A stretch of 64,000 nucleotides of DNA from Candidatus Gottesmanbacteria bacterium (GTDB taxonomy: Bacteria; Patescibacteriota; Microgenomatia; UBA10105; UBA927). The notes under the pieces were generated by a model. It was not told the origin of the DNA. It searched no databases and saw only the letters and a program-made list of their open reading frames with translations. The position numbers and the translations under genes were made by a program. The stretch lies in NCBI GenBank assembly GCA_963790805.1, contig CAWBPL010000002.1:892860-956859 (forward strand). Direction: 5' to 3'. This document shows positions 56,926-64,000 of this stretch, in pieces; the first letter of the stretch is position 1, and each line of letters opens with the position of its first letter.

Positions 56926-58304
56926 CGCTTTTTCCACTCCTCAACGGCTCCGACGAGATAGAGCGAACCGGTAATAAGTAAAGGTTCCTTCGTATTGAGG
57001 TTTGATAAAAATTCGGGAAATTTCGGGACTGCGGTTACCTGTTTATTGCCGTCGACTTTTTTAATCACTTCAACTAATTGGGGTATATCGTACATAACGC
57101 GTTTGCCCCAATCAGTCTGTCGCTCGAGCGTCGTCGCATACCAATGTGACACGTGCGGCGCAAGAATAGAAATCATCTCTTTTACTTTTTTATCTTTTTT
57201 TACGGCAAGAAGTGCCGGAAATTGTATGGCAGGAAAATGATCAGTAAGCGCCTGGGAAAGTGCCGCCATTTTCATCGGATTGTGTGCTCCATCGATAAGA
57301 ACCGGAGCATTATGAATGGTTGCGATTTCAAGTCTGCCGATGTAATCGATGGAGAAGATGGCGCTTCGGATTGCCGGTTCGGTAACTTTCAGTCCCGAGT
57401 GGAGAACCGCAGTGATAGCAACTGCTGCGTTTGTTGCCTGATGACGACCGAAAAGAGAAAGTTTAAGATTTTTCAATGTTATCTCATCGGAAACGTAATC
57501 AAATGTTATTGGAGCGTCGTGTTTGCCTGTCGGAACGGATTTAAAAACGAGCGGGCGGATATTTTTTACGAAAAAATCCCTTTCAAGTAAATAAAGCGGC
57601 GTTTTTAGTTCTTTGCATTTTTCAATTATTATTTTTTTGACTGTCGGCTGAGTAACACCGGAAACCGCAGGATGGCCGGCTTTAATAATTTCGCGTTTAT
57701 CCTTTGCGATTTTTTCTACCGTATCGCCCAAAATTTCAGTATGGTCTAAGCCAACATTGTTAACGACCGACACAACCGGTGTAAGCACATTCGTTCCGTC
57801 GAGTTTGCCGCCCAGTCCCACCTCGATAACGGCGGCATCCACTTTTTCATCGGCAAAATATTTAAACATCATGGCAACGGTAATTTCGTAATAGGTTGGC
57901 GCTCCGTCGGGATTCGACTTACTCACTTCGTTAATTGCCGGAATAATGTCATGTAAGAGTTTTACGAATTTTTCTTCCGGAATGGGGGATCGGTTAATCA
58001 TCAATCGTTCGGTAATCGATATCATGTGCGGTGACATGTGGAGGCCTATTTTATATCCGGCCTTTTCCAGAATTGAAGCGGCTATATAGCTTGTTGATCC
58101 TTTTCCTGCGGTTCCGCCGATGTGGATAATGGGGATTTTGCGCTCGGGGTGTCCGAGGAGGGCAACCAGCTGGTTCATCCGTCCCAATGTGTACGTCCAC
58201 TTGGATGAAAGAAATTGGTTGAGATATTCTTCCGCATCATGTAATGTTTTTATAGTTGGTTTGTTTTCCACTTCGGCAATTATACAATAAAAGATCGCAG
58301 GCAT
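56922..58304 (-). CDS. folC: Bifunctional folylpolyglutamate synthase / dihydrofolate synthase
   Basis: P-loop HIGGTAGKGST and Mur-ligase-like middle and C-terminal domains. The start was taken at Met-11 (58304) to avoid overlapping the divergent gene. Confidence 0.9.
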   Translation of the reverse strand: MPAIFYCIIAEVENKPTIKTLHDAEEYLNQFLSSKWTYTLGRMNQLVALLGHPERKIPIIHIGGTAGKGSTSYIAASILEKAGYKIGLHMSPHMISITERLMINRSPIPEEKFVKLLHDIIPAINEVSKSNPDGAPTYYEITVAMMFKYFADEKVDAAVIEVGLGGKLDGTNVLTPVVSVVNNVGLDHTEILGDTVEKIAKDKREIIKAGHPAVSGVTQPTVKKIIIEKCKELKTPLYLLERDFFVKNIRPLVFKSVPTGKHDAPITFDYVSDEITLKNLKLSLFGRHQATNAAVAITAVLHSGLKVTEPAIRSAIFSIDYIGRLEIATIHNAPVLIDGAHNPMKMAALSQALTDHFPAIQFPALLAVKKDKKVKEMISILAPHVSHWYATTLERQTDWGKRVMYDIPQLVEVIKKVDGNKQVTAVPKFPEFLSNLNTKEPLLITGSLYLVGAVEEWKKR

Positions 58305-58311
58305 CTTACGT

Positions 58312-58905
58312 ATGGATCGAAAACATTTTGTCATTATCGTGCCGGGACTTGGTGATGAAATCCGCGCAACGAAGTTTCTTACGTGGCACTTTCGAAGAAA
58401 TGGTTTGGAGCCAGTCGTTCATCGAGTCGGGTGGCAAAATGAAGAACAGGAATTTAAACCGAAGCTTGACCGGTTTGTTCGCTACATAGATGAACTATCG
58501 AAAAAAGGAACAGTTTCGCTTATCGGTTGCAGTGCAGGCGGGAGTGCCGTACTTAATGCGTTTCTTGTCCGTCCGAAGGCCATAGAAAAAGTAGTTACGG
58601 TTTGTGCGAGGCTCCGTACGGGTCCGACAACCGGTTGGCGATCGTTTGCCGCGAAAACGAAATCAAGTAACGCGTTTGCCCAGTCGGTGAAACTGTTTGA
58701 AAGCAGAGAACGGGAACTCACACGGTCTTATAGAAAGCGCATTTTGACAGTTCATGCCATGTTTGGCGACGAGCTCGTACCTCCTGAGACAGCCACCGTT
58801 GAGGGTGCATATACTATAAAGGTACCTACCATGGAGCATGTCGCCTCAATTGCGGCAGCGCTCTCGGTTTTTTCGGGAGAAATCATACGTTTTATTTTGA
58901 AATAA
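58312..58905 (+). CDS. Alpha/beta-fold hydrolase (lipase/esterase-like)
   Basis: ..VIIVPGLGD.. and nucleophile elbow GCSAGG, with a C-terminal His (..MEHV..). Confidence 0.6.
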   Translation: MDRKHFVIIVPGLGDEIRATKFLTWHFRRNGLEPVVHRVGWQNEEQEFKPKLDRFVRYIDELSKKGTVSLIGCSAGGSAVLNAFLVRPKAIEKVVTVCARLRTGPTTGWRSFAAKTKSSNAFAQSVKLFESRERELTRSYRKRILTVHAMFGDELVPPETATVEGAYTIKVPTMEHVASIAAALSVFSGEIIRFILK

Positions 58906-58926
58906 ATTGAAGTGTGCGGTGTTGTA

Positions 58927-60009
58927 TTACTCGGAGATAAATTTTTCAACCGAAGCTTTGGCCTCGTGATCATTCATCTGCCGAGGAGGAGACTTCATAA
59001 AGTACGAGGACGGGCCTTCAAGCGGACCTTTTATGCCCCGGTCGAGTGCAATTTTGCAACAACGGATTGCGTCAATGACGACTCCTGCTGAGTTTGGTGA
59101 ATCTTCAACGGATAGACGGACTTCAATTTCCATAGGAATATCGCCGAAATGTCTGCTTTCGATACGGATAAATGCGACTTTATTGTCTTTGAGCCACGGT
59201 ACGTGATCGCTGGGACCGATATGGACGTCGTCATCGGCGATAGAAAGCTCACGAAGTTTTAATTGCGACGTGACGGAACGGGTTTTTGACAATTTCTTGC
59301 TTTTCAACCTGCTTCTTTCCAGCATATTGAGAAAATCGGTATTCCCGCCGACATTTAATTGATATGTATGATCAATCGGCATTCCGCGATCTAAGAATAG
59401 ATTGACGAGTGTCCGGTGAAGTATGGTCGCTCCGACCTGAGATTTGATGTCGTCGCCGACTATGGGAATTCCTGCATCGGCAAATTTTTTCGCCCACGTC
59501 GGATCGGAAGCGATAAATACCGGAATACAGTTCACCATGGCGACTTTCGCCCGAAGACATATGTTTGCCCAATATTCTGTGGCTTTTTGGCTGCCGACGG
59601 GTAAATAACTTACTAAAATATCCGCTTTGGATTTTTTGAGGATTTCGACAGGGTCGGGGATTGCTTTGGCGCTCGGTTTGACGACGTCTTGAATATATTC
59701 ACCGATACCGTCGAGTACTTTGCCGTTTTGTACGATAACGCCGGTTTTGGGGACATCGGAAAACTTTTTTGTATTATTGGGGTGGGCGAAAATTGCATCG
59801 GCGACGTCTTTTCCGACTTTCGTCGCATTGACGTCAAACGCCGCTACCACCTGTATGTCGCCGATTTTATATCCCCCGATAACGTTATGCATCACTCCGA
59901 CTACTTTGGAATTACCCTGAATATTTTTATAGTACGTCAGTCCCTGCACAAGGGATGATGCGCAGTTTCCGACGCCGACGATTGCGATGCGGACGGATTT
60001 TTGTGTCAT
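58927..60009 (-). CDS. Inositol-3-phosphate synthase (myo-inositol-1-phosphate synthase)
   Basis: N-terminal Rossmann motif IAIVGVGNCASSLVQG, ..LPVGS.., ..NVGGNTDF.., and a length of 360 aa typical of bacterial/archaeal MIPS. Confidence 0.88.
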   Translation of the reverse strand: MTQKSVRIAIVGVGNCASSLVQGLTYYKNIQGNSKVVGVMHNVIGGYKIGDIQVVAAFDVNATKVGKDVADAIFAHPNNTKKFSDVPKTGVIVQNGKVLDGIGEYIQDVVKPSAKAIPDPVEILKKSKADILVSYLPVGSQKATEYWANICLRAKVAMVNCIPVFIASDPTWAKKFADAGIPIVGDDIKSQVGATILHRTLVNLFLDRGMPIDHTYQLNVGGNTDFLNMLERSRLKSKKLSKTRSVTSQLKLRELSIADDDVHIGPSDHVPWLKDNKVAFIRIESRHFGDIPMEIEVRLSVEDSPNSAGVVIDAIRCCKIALDRGIKGPLEGPSSYFMKSPPRQMNDHEAKASVEKFISE

Positions 60010-60136
60010 ACGTTACAAAGGGCAGAACAATTTCTCTATCCTACGACAACGAAAGACAATAATCAATGCCGTTGAGAGTATACACTTGATCTTTTCTTGC
60101 GGGGGAGTACTCTAAGAAGAGGGAAGGAGAATTTCT

Positions 60137-60409
60137 ATGAAAAATCGCGTAAATCCATATCAGGTAGGATTGATTTTGGGAATATTGACGGCATCATGGT
60201 ATCTTATTTGGTCGGTTATCGTGTTGGCGGGATTCGCGAAGCCCGTCCTTGACTGGGTTTTGGCACTGCAATTTCTTTCCGATCCGTTTGAGGTACAGCA
60301 ATTTAACCTGACCACCGCATGTATTTTACTGGTCGTAAATTTCGTCATCGGATTTCTCGTGGGATGGGCAGGGGCGTGGCTTTGGAACTGGAAAACGAAA
60401 AAGAAGTAA
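60137..60409 (+). CDS. Hypothetical small 3-TM membrane protein
   Basis: Three hydrophobic helices. SD GGAAGGAG lies upstream. Confidence 0.45.
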   Translation: MKNRVNPYQVGLILGILTASWYLIWSVIVLAGFAKPVLDWVLALQFLSDPFEVQQFNLTTACILLVVNFVIGFLVGWAGAWLWNWKTKKK

Positions 60410-60427
60410 CAGTAGACGGTACAAGAT

Positions 60428-60545
60428 AAATACGTAATGTATACATATACATAACATATATCCTGAAAATAGCGTTTGTAGTAAGCTAAATAAAGTAATA
60501 CAATACGTAATTGACTATTTACGTAAAAAAGATATTAACGTATTA
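60428..60545 (+). promoter_or_regulatory. AT-rich promoter region with repeated TACGTA-core palindromes (candidate TrmB-regulator operators)
   Basis: AATACGTAAT occurs at 60429-60438 and at 60502-60511. The perfect 10-nt palindrome TTTACGTAAA (60518-60527) lies in the spacer of TTGACT (60511-60516) -16- TATTAA (60533-60538). AACGTA is at 60537-60542. Confidence 0.35.
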
Positions 60546-60556
60546 GGAATGGATAT

Positions 60557-61342
60557 ATGAAAAAAGTTGTTGATTTGTTACACAATCTTGGCCTTTCCGA
60601 AGCTGAGATCAAAATCTACATCAAATTGCTCGAACTCGGCCGTTGTTCCGTAACCGAACTTGCCCATTCGCTGGGTATGAACAGAGTCACTGCTCATTTT
60701 AATATCCAGAGTCTTATCGATATAGGGCTTATTACTCACATGAAACAGGGAAGGTCCCGTGAGCTTACCGCCCAGCCGCCCGAAGCGCTTCAGTATCTTA
60801 TTGATCAAAAAGACAGGCAGATGAAAGAGATTCACGAGGAATTTACAAGTGCCCTTCCGGTATTAAGCGCTCTTATGCCGACAGTCGGCCCGGATCGTTC
60901 GAAGTTTGATTTGAAGTTTTATAGAGGAGTGACCGGTGTGCGATCGGTTTATCATGAAGTATTGAAGGCGAAAGAGTTACGATCGTACGTAAATACGAAA
61001 AATACATTTGACATTTTTCCGGAAAATCCGAAATTATTTCTTGAGGCACAGGACAAAAATAATCTGAAAATGTGGGAGATTACTGATTCTTCGCCGGAAT
61101 CTTTTGGATACATTAAGCATGCGGATCCCAAAAAATATTTTTATCGATTTTTTCCGTCATCGTGGAATACCAGTGTTTTCGATTACATGATTTTTGAGGG
61201 AAAAATTGCCATGGTGGCCGGAAAAGAAGAACCCAACGGAATACTCATCGTGAACGAGGATATGTATCAAAATGCGGTAGCACTGTTTGAGATGGTTTGG
61301 AAACTTCTACCCGTTCCGTCACAAGAGGCGGCGCTTACTTAA
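60557..61342 (+). CDS. TrmB-family transcriptional regulator
   Basis: N-terminal winged HTH: LGLSEAEIKIYIKLLELGRCSVTELAHSLGMNRVTAHFNIQSLIDIGLI. Confidence 0.8.
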   Translation: MKKVVDLLHNLGLSEAEIKIYIKLLELGRCSVTELAHSLGMNRVTAHFNIQSLIDIGLITHMKQGRSRELTAQPPEALQYLIDQKDRQMKEIHEEFTSALPVLSALMPTVGPDRSKFDLKFYRGVTGVRSVYHEVLKAKELRSYVNTKNTFDIFPENPKLFLEAQDKNNLKMWEITDSSPESFGYIKHADPKKYFYRFFPSSWNTSVFDYMIFEGKIAMVAGKEEPNGILIVNEDMYQNAVALFEMVWKLLPVPSQEAALT

Positions 61343-62912
61343 CGATGTTGGTGACGTCAAACACGTCGTACGGTTTATTCAAATTAGTTTGAGCAAAATT
61401 TTTGTCAGGCAGAAGCGGCAAGTTTTCCCCCAGATAAAGATTCAGTACGACGCGGAAGGTGTTGACCGGGGAAATTGAAGGGTAGAGTGTATCTGTCGGC
61501 TTGCCGGGTAAATAATACGAATTCAATATTCTGATTTTTTTACGTATCTCTTCGGTTGTAGCACGGTGCCAGTTAAAATTATCAAGGTTAGCCCGAAACC
61601 GTTGGGGATACGGACCTTCATCCGATTGAAATATGATAATCGGCGGGGTTTTTGAGCTCTGGATTATCGAATCGATGACGGTAAGCCAGAGTGTGTTGGC
61701 AAATTGGAGTTGGCTTAAATAAAGATAGTTGTTATACCCTTTAATGTTTGTTGCATGACGGTTGTAGAATAAGCCATTCTTATCAAAAACATATGGATCG
61801 TGAGTTAACAGTGAATGCACAAAAACGAATTTGGGTCCTGGTTGCGACACAATTTTTGTGAGCTCCAGCAATTGTTCAATGCGATAGTTCGCGTTTGCTT
61901 GAGGAAGACTCAGTAAAAATCCCGTGAGTCCGTATGAATGATTATGAAGATATTGTCCTAAATAATTGGACGGAATTTGGTTTAGCGCAATAAGTTCTAA
62001 CGCAGTTTCGTTTAGGGTCTGCTGTTTATAGGTGAATTGATAGTCGGCATTGTTATTTGTCGATGTGACCCATTCCGCACCGAAATGATAATATTTGTAG
62101 CCGCGTGATTTGAGATACCGGATTGCCTCGTTATTTTCCAAGAGATTTAATATGGGAGTCATATCGTCTGAATTTTTACTCATTTTGTTGTAGAGATCGT
62201 CAAGATAATTAAAGTTCAGCGATGAAGCGAGAGACGGCTCAGTAAAAGGGTAATTCGCGGCACTATTATCTGCGACGTAAAATCCTCGGTTTCGTAATGC
62301 TGTTATAAAACTTGAATTATCAAAGCTGTAATAATCAGAAAGCGTTTGACCGTTGGCGTAGCGGTCGGAAATAATGTAATAAATATCAGGAAGATTTGAA
62401 GTTTTAACGTTTTTTTCCTGATAGTGAGGAGGTTGCAGCCGAAGAAACGCGTAGCGGATTCTATCTCCTTCGGCGCGAAGAATTATAAACAGAGGAACCG
62501 CGACGAACGAAACAGCGAAAATATTAAACAGCAGCGTGGCTTTTGAGACATTGATTTTAACGAACCTAAGGATGATTGCGCAAACAAGCGAAAAACCCGC
62601 CAACCAGAGAATCGGATCTTTATATATTATGAGTAGTTGAATGGGCGGTATGTTGCCGTTGAGAAAATCAATGTTTGAAAACGGCCTGAAAATAAAAAAA
62701 GCGAGCGACAGAATAAGCGAAGATTTCAGTATATTTTTCAGTATCGCCACATCAAGAACAAACCAAAGGACGAGGACAAAGAAAAGTACGTACCCGATGG
62801 ACGTGAGTATCTGATACGGGAACAATTCGCGGATGTTATATGAAATAAGCGCAAGCGTCGGGAAAAGCGGCAACAGAAAAACATGAAAAGGCGTTCGGAA
62901 TAATTTTTTCAT
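61335..62912 (-). CDS. Membrane-anchored sulfatase-like (alkaline-phosphatase superfamily / LTA-synthase-like) transferase
   Basis: ~5 N-terminal TM helices are followed by an extracytoplasmic domain with ..YYIISDRY.. and ..VHSLLTHDPY.. motifs. Confidence 0.65.
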   Translation of the reverse strand: MKKLFRTPFHVFLLPLFPTLALISYNIRELFPYQILTSIGYVLFFVLVLWFVLDVAILKNILKSSLILSLAFFIFRPFSNIDFLNGNIPPIQLLIIYKDPILWLAGFSLVCAIILRFVKINVSKATLLFNIFAVSFVAVPLFIILRAEGDRIRYAFLRLQPPHYQEKNVKTSNLPDIYYIISDRYANGQTLSDYYSFDNSSFITALRNRGFYVADNSAANYPFTEPSLASSLNFNYLDDLYNKMSKNSDDMTPILNLLENNEAIRYLKSRGYKYYHFGAEWVTSTNNNADYQFTYKQQTLNETALELIALNQIPSNYLGQYLHNHSYGLTGFLLSLPQANANYRIEQLLELTKIVSQPGPKFVFVHSLLTHDPYVFDKNGLFYNRHATNIKGYNNYLYLSQLQFANTLWLTVIDSIIQSSKTPPIIIFQSDEGPYPQRFRANLDNFNWHRATTEEIRKKIRILNSYYLPGKPTDTLYPSISPVNTFRVVLNLYLGENLPLLPDKNFAQTNLNKPYDVFDVTNIVK

Positions 62913-64000
62913 ACAGAGTGTTTGTTTTGTAAAAGATAAAGGACGCGCACTGAGTCAACAACGGGTTTGATATGACGGATGGTAAATAGCTTGTTACATT
63001 CCCGTTCGAATTCCTTTTGAGAGTAGCGGCTAAATATGTCTTCTCGGTTTGAAAGCATCGTCTGCACTTCAGCGTCCTGTTTTGGCACGAATTCGACGAT
63101 GACGTAGGTGCCCAAACGACTGAACAGTCGGATGATGTTGGAAAGCGGAATATTTCGTTCAATCGCGATGTGATGGATGATGGCAAGCGCTAAAACAAGG
63201 TCGAACGGCCCGCGGTCGACAAACGATAACCGCTCCTCATTGGCCCATCCGATGGCGGGGGAGGGATTCGTAATATCCAAAACCAAGGGGAGGCAGTTTG
63301 CGGTTGTTTGCGTGTTTGATTGATAGAGCCGTTCGACGGAAATGTGATCATTGTCTATGGCAACCGTGCGTATATTTTTTCCTGTGCAAATGGCCGTAAA
63401 CTCTCCGGTATTTGCACCGATATCTAACGCAGTTTTTGCTGATGTTTGTTTGATAAAGTCGTTGACGGTACGTTTTTTGTCGATGAACGACTCCCTGCCA
63501 TACACATGAAGCTCGCTATATTCACTCCAATAACTTTTGTTAGTCGGAAGCCGTAATTGCTGTATGGTTTTCGTAAGATTATCGAGCATTGCTATAAAAC
63601 TTTCTTTCTTCATTCCTCGTAACTGGCGCGATCCCTTTTTACCGGAAAATTTCTTTTCCATAAACGCGTGAAGATGAATATGCGTCAAAAGCGAGGGATT
63701 CATATACGTCATTTTTGGGAGGAGCGCACTTACCAGCGGCAATGGTATGCCATCCAGAAAATACAGAAGAAGCTTGTTCAGGTCCGGATTTTTTTGACTC
63801 ATCAAAAGAAGAGGTGCCAAAAAGTGCATGCAGAATTGCCGGTACGCTATCCAGAGCGAATTTTCCACATAGCGTTCAAAGGAGAGCGTATCGATAAAGA
63901 CAGGTTTCCCGTTTTGCCATTGGATGTTATAGGCGCTGGCATCTTTGAGGGTGAATCCGTACGAAAGAGCTGTTTTTTCTATTTTAAGCGTGGTTATGGC
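62909..64000 (-). CDS. Class I SAM-dependent methyltransferase (5' end outside the window)
   Basis: Motif I ALDIGANTGEFT. The frame stays open upstream of the GVG/GTG at 63868 to the window edge (..NIQWQNGKPVFIDTLSFERY..). The stop overlaps the downstream start (ATGA at 62909-62912). Confidence 0.75.
   Translation of the reverse strand, partial: AITTLKIEKTALSYGFTLKDASAYNIQWQNGKPVFIDTLSFERYVENSLWIAYRQFCMHFLAPLLLMSQKNPDLNKLLLYFLDGIPLPLVSALLPKMTYMNPSLLTHIHLHAFMEKKFSGKKGSRQLRGMKKESFIAMLDNLTKTIQQLRLPTNKSYWSEYSELHVYGRESFIDKKRTVNDFIKQTSAKTALDIGANTGEFTAICTGKNIRTVAIDNDHISVERLYQSNTQTTANCLPLVLDITNPSPAIGWANEERLSFVDRGPFDLVLALAIIHHIAIERNIPLSNIIRLFSRLGTYVIVEFVPKQDAEVQTMLSNREDIFSRYSQKEFERECNKLFTIRHIKPVVDSVRVLYLLQNKHSV

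Overview
This is a gene-dense 64-kb chromosomal segment using the standard genetic code (TGA acts as a stop in several ATGA overlaps). I found no rRNA, tRNA, CRISPR array, transposase or integrase. By inference only, the gene content looks like a small-genome CPR/Patescibacteria-type bacterium. That inference rests on heavy nucleotide salvage, an archaeal-type ProRS, a short EF-Ts, no pyrH between tsf and frr, a sortase with a surface protein, and a minimal F-type ATPase.

Main blocks:
- 2.2-15.3 kb: nucleotide-salvage and one-carbon supercluster (dcd, PfkB kinase, dNK, HAD, Maf-like, tmk, tdk, histidine phosphatase, add, CBS-less guaB, glyA). It is interrupted by glmS with a clear glmS ribozyme.
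- 16.4-26.4 kb: rpsB-tsf-frr-rseP, a T-box-controlled tRNA-binding-protein/proS operon, and rpsU-yqeY-ybeY-dnaX-ybaB.
- 27-32.8 kb: ahcY, a DUF62 SAM hydrolase, an aminotransferase, prs and recR.
- 34-41.6 kb: cysS and envelope/secretion genes (bactofilin-like membrane protein, DsbB, LepB-CAP fusion).
- 42.1-44.7 kb: compositionally mosaic accessory patch. It holds a GC-rich two-gene operon (diverged nucleoside-phosphorylase-like protein plus an orphan partner) next to a very AT-rich stand-alone 3-TM protein.
- 46.3-46.5 kb: a ~173-nt, 34-bp imperfect hairpin.
- 47-52.7 kb: a streamlined atp operon whose atpA carries two compensating frameshifts.
- 54.9-58.3 kb: folate/thymidylate cluster.
- 58.9-64 kb: inositol-3-phosphate synthase, a TrmB regulator with TACGTA operator-like palindromes, and envelope-modification genes.

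All homology calls come from reading the translated ORFs by eye. No searches were run.
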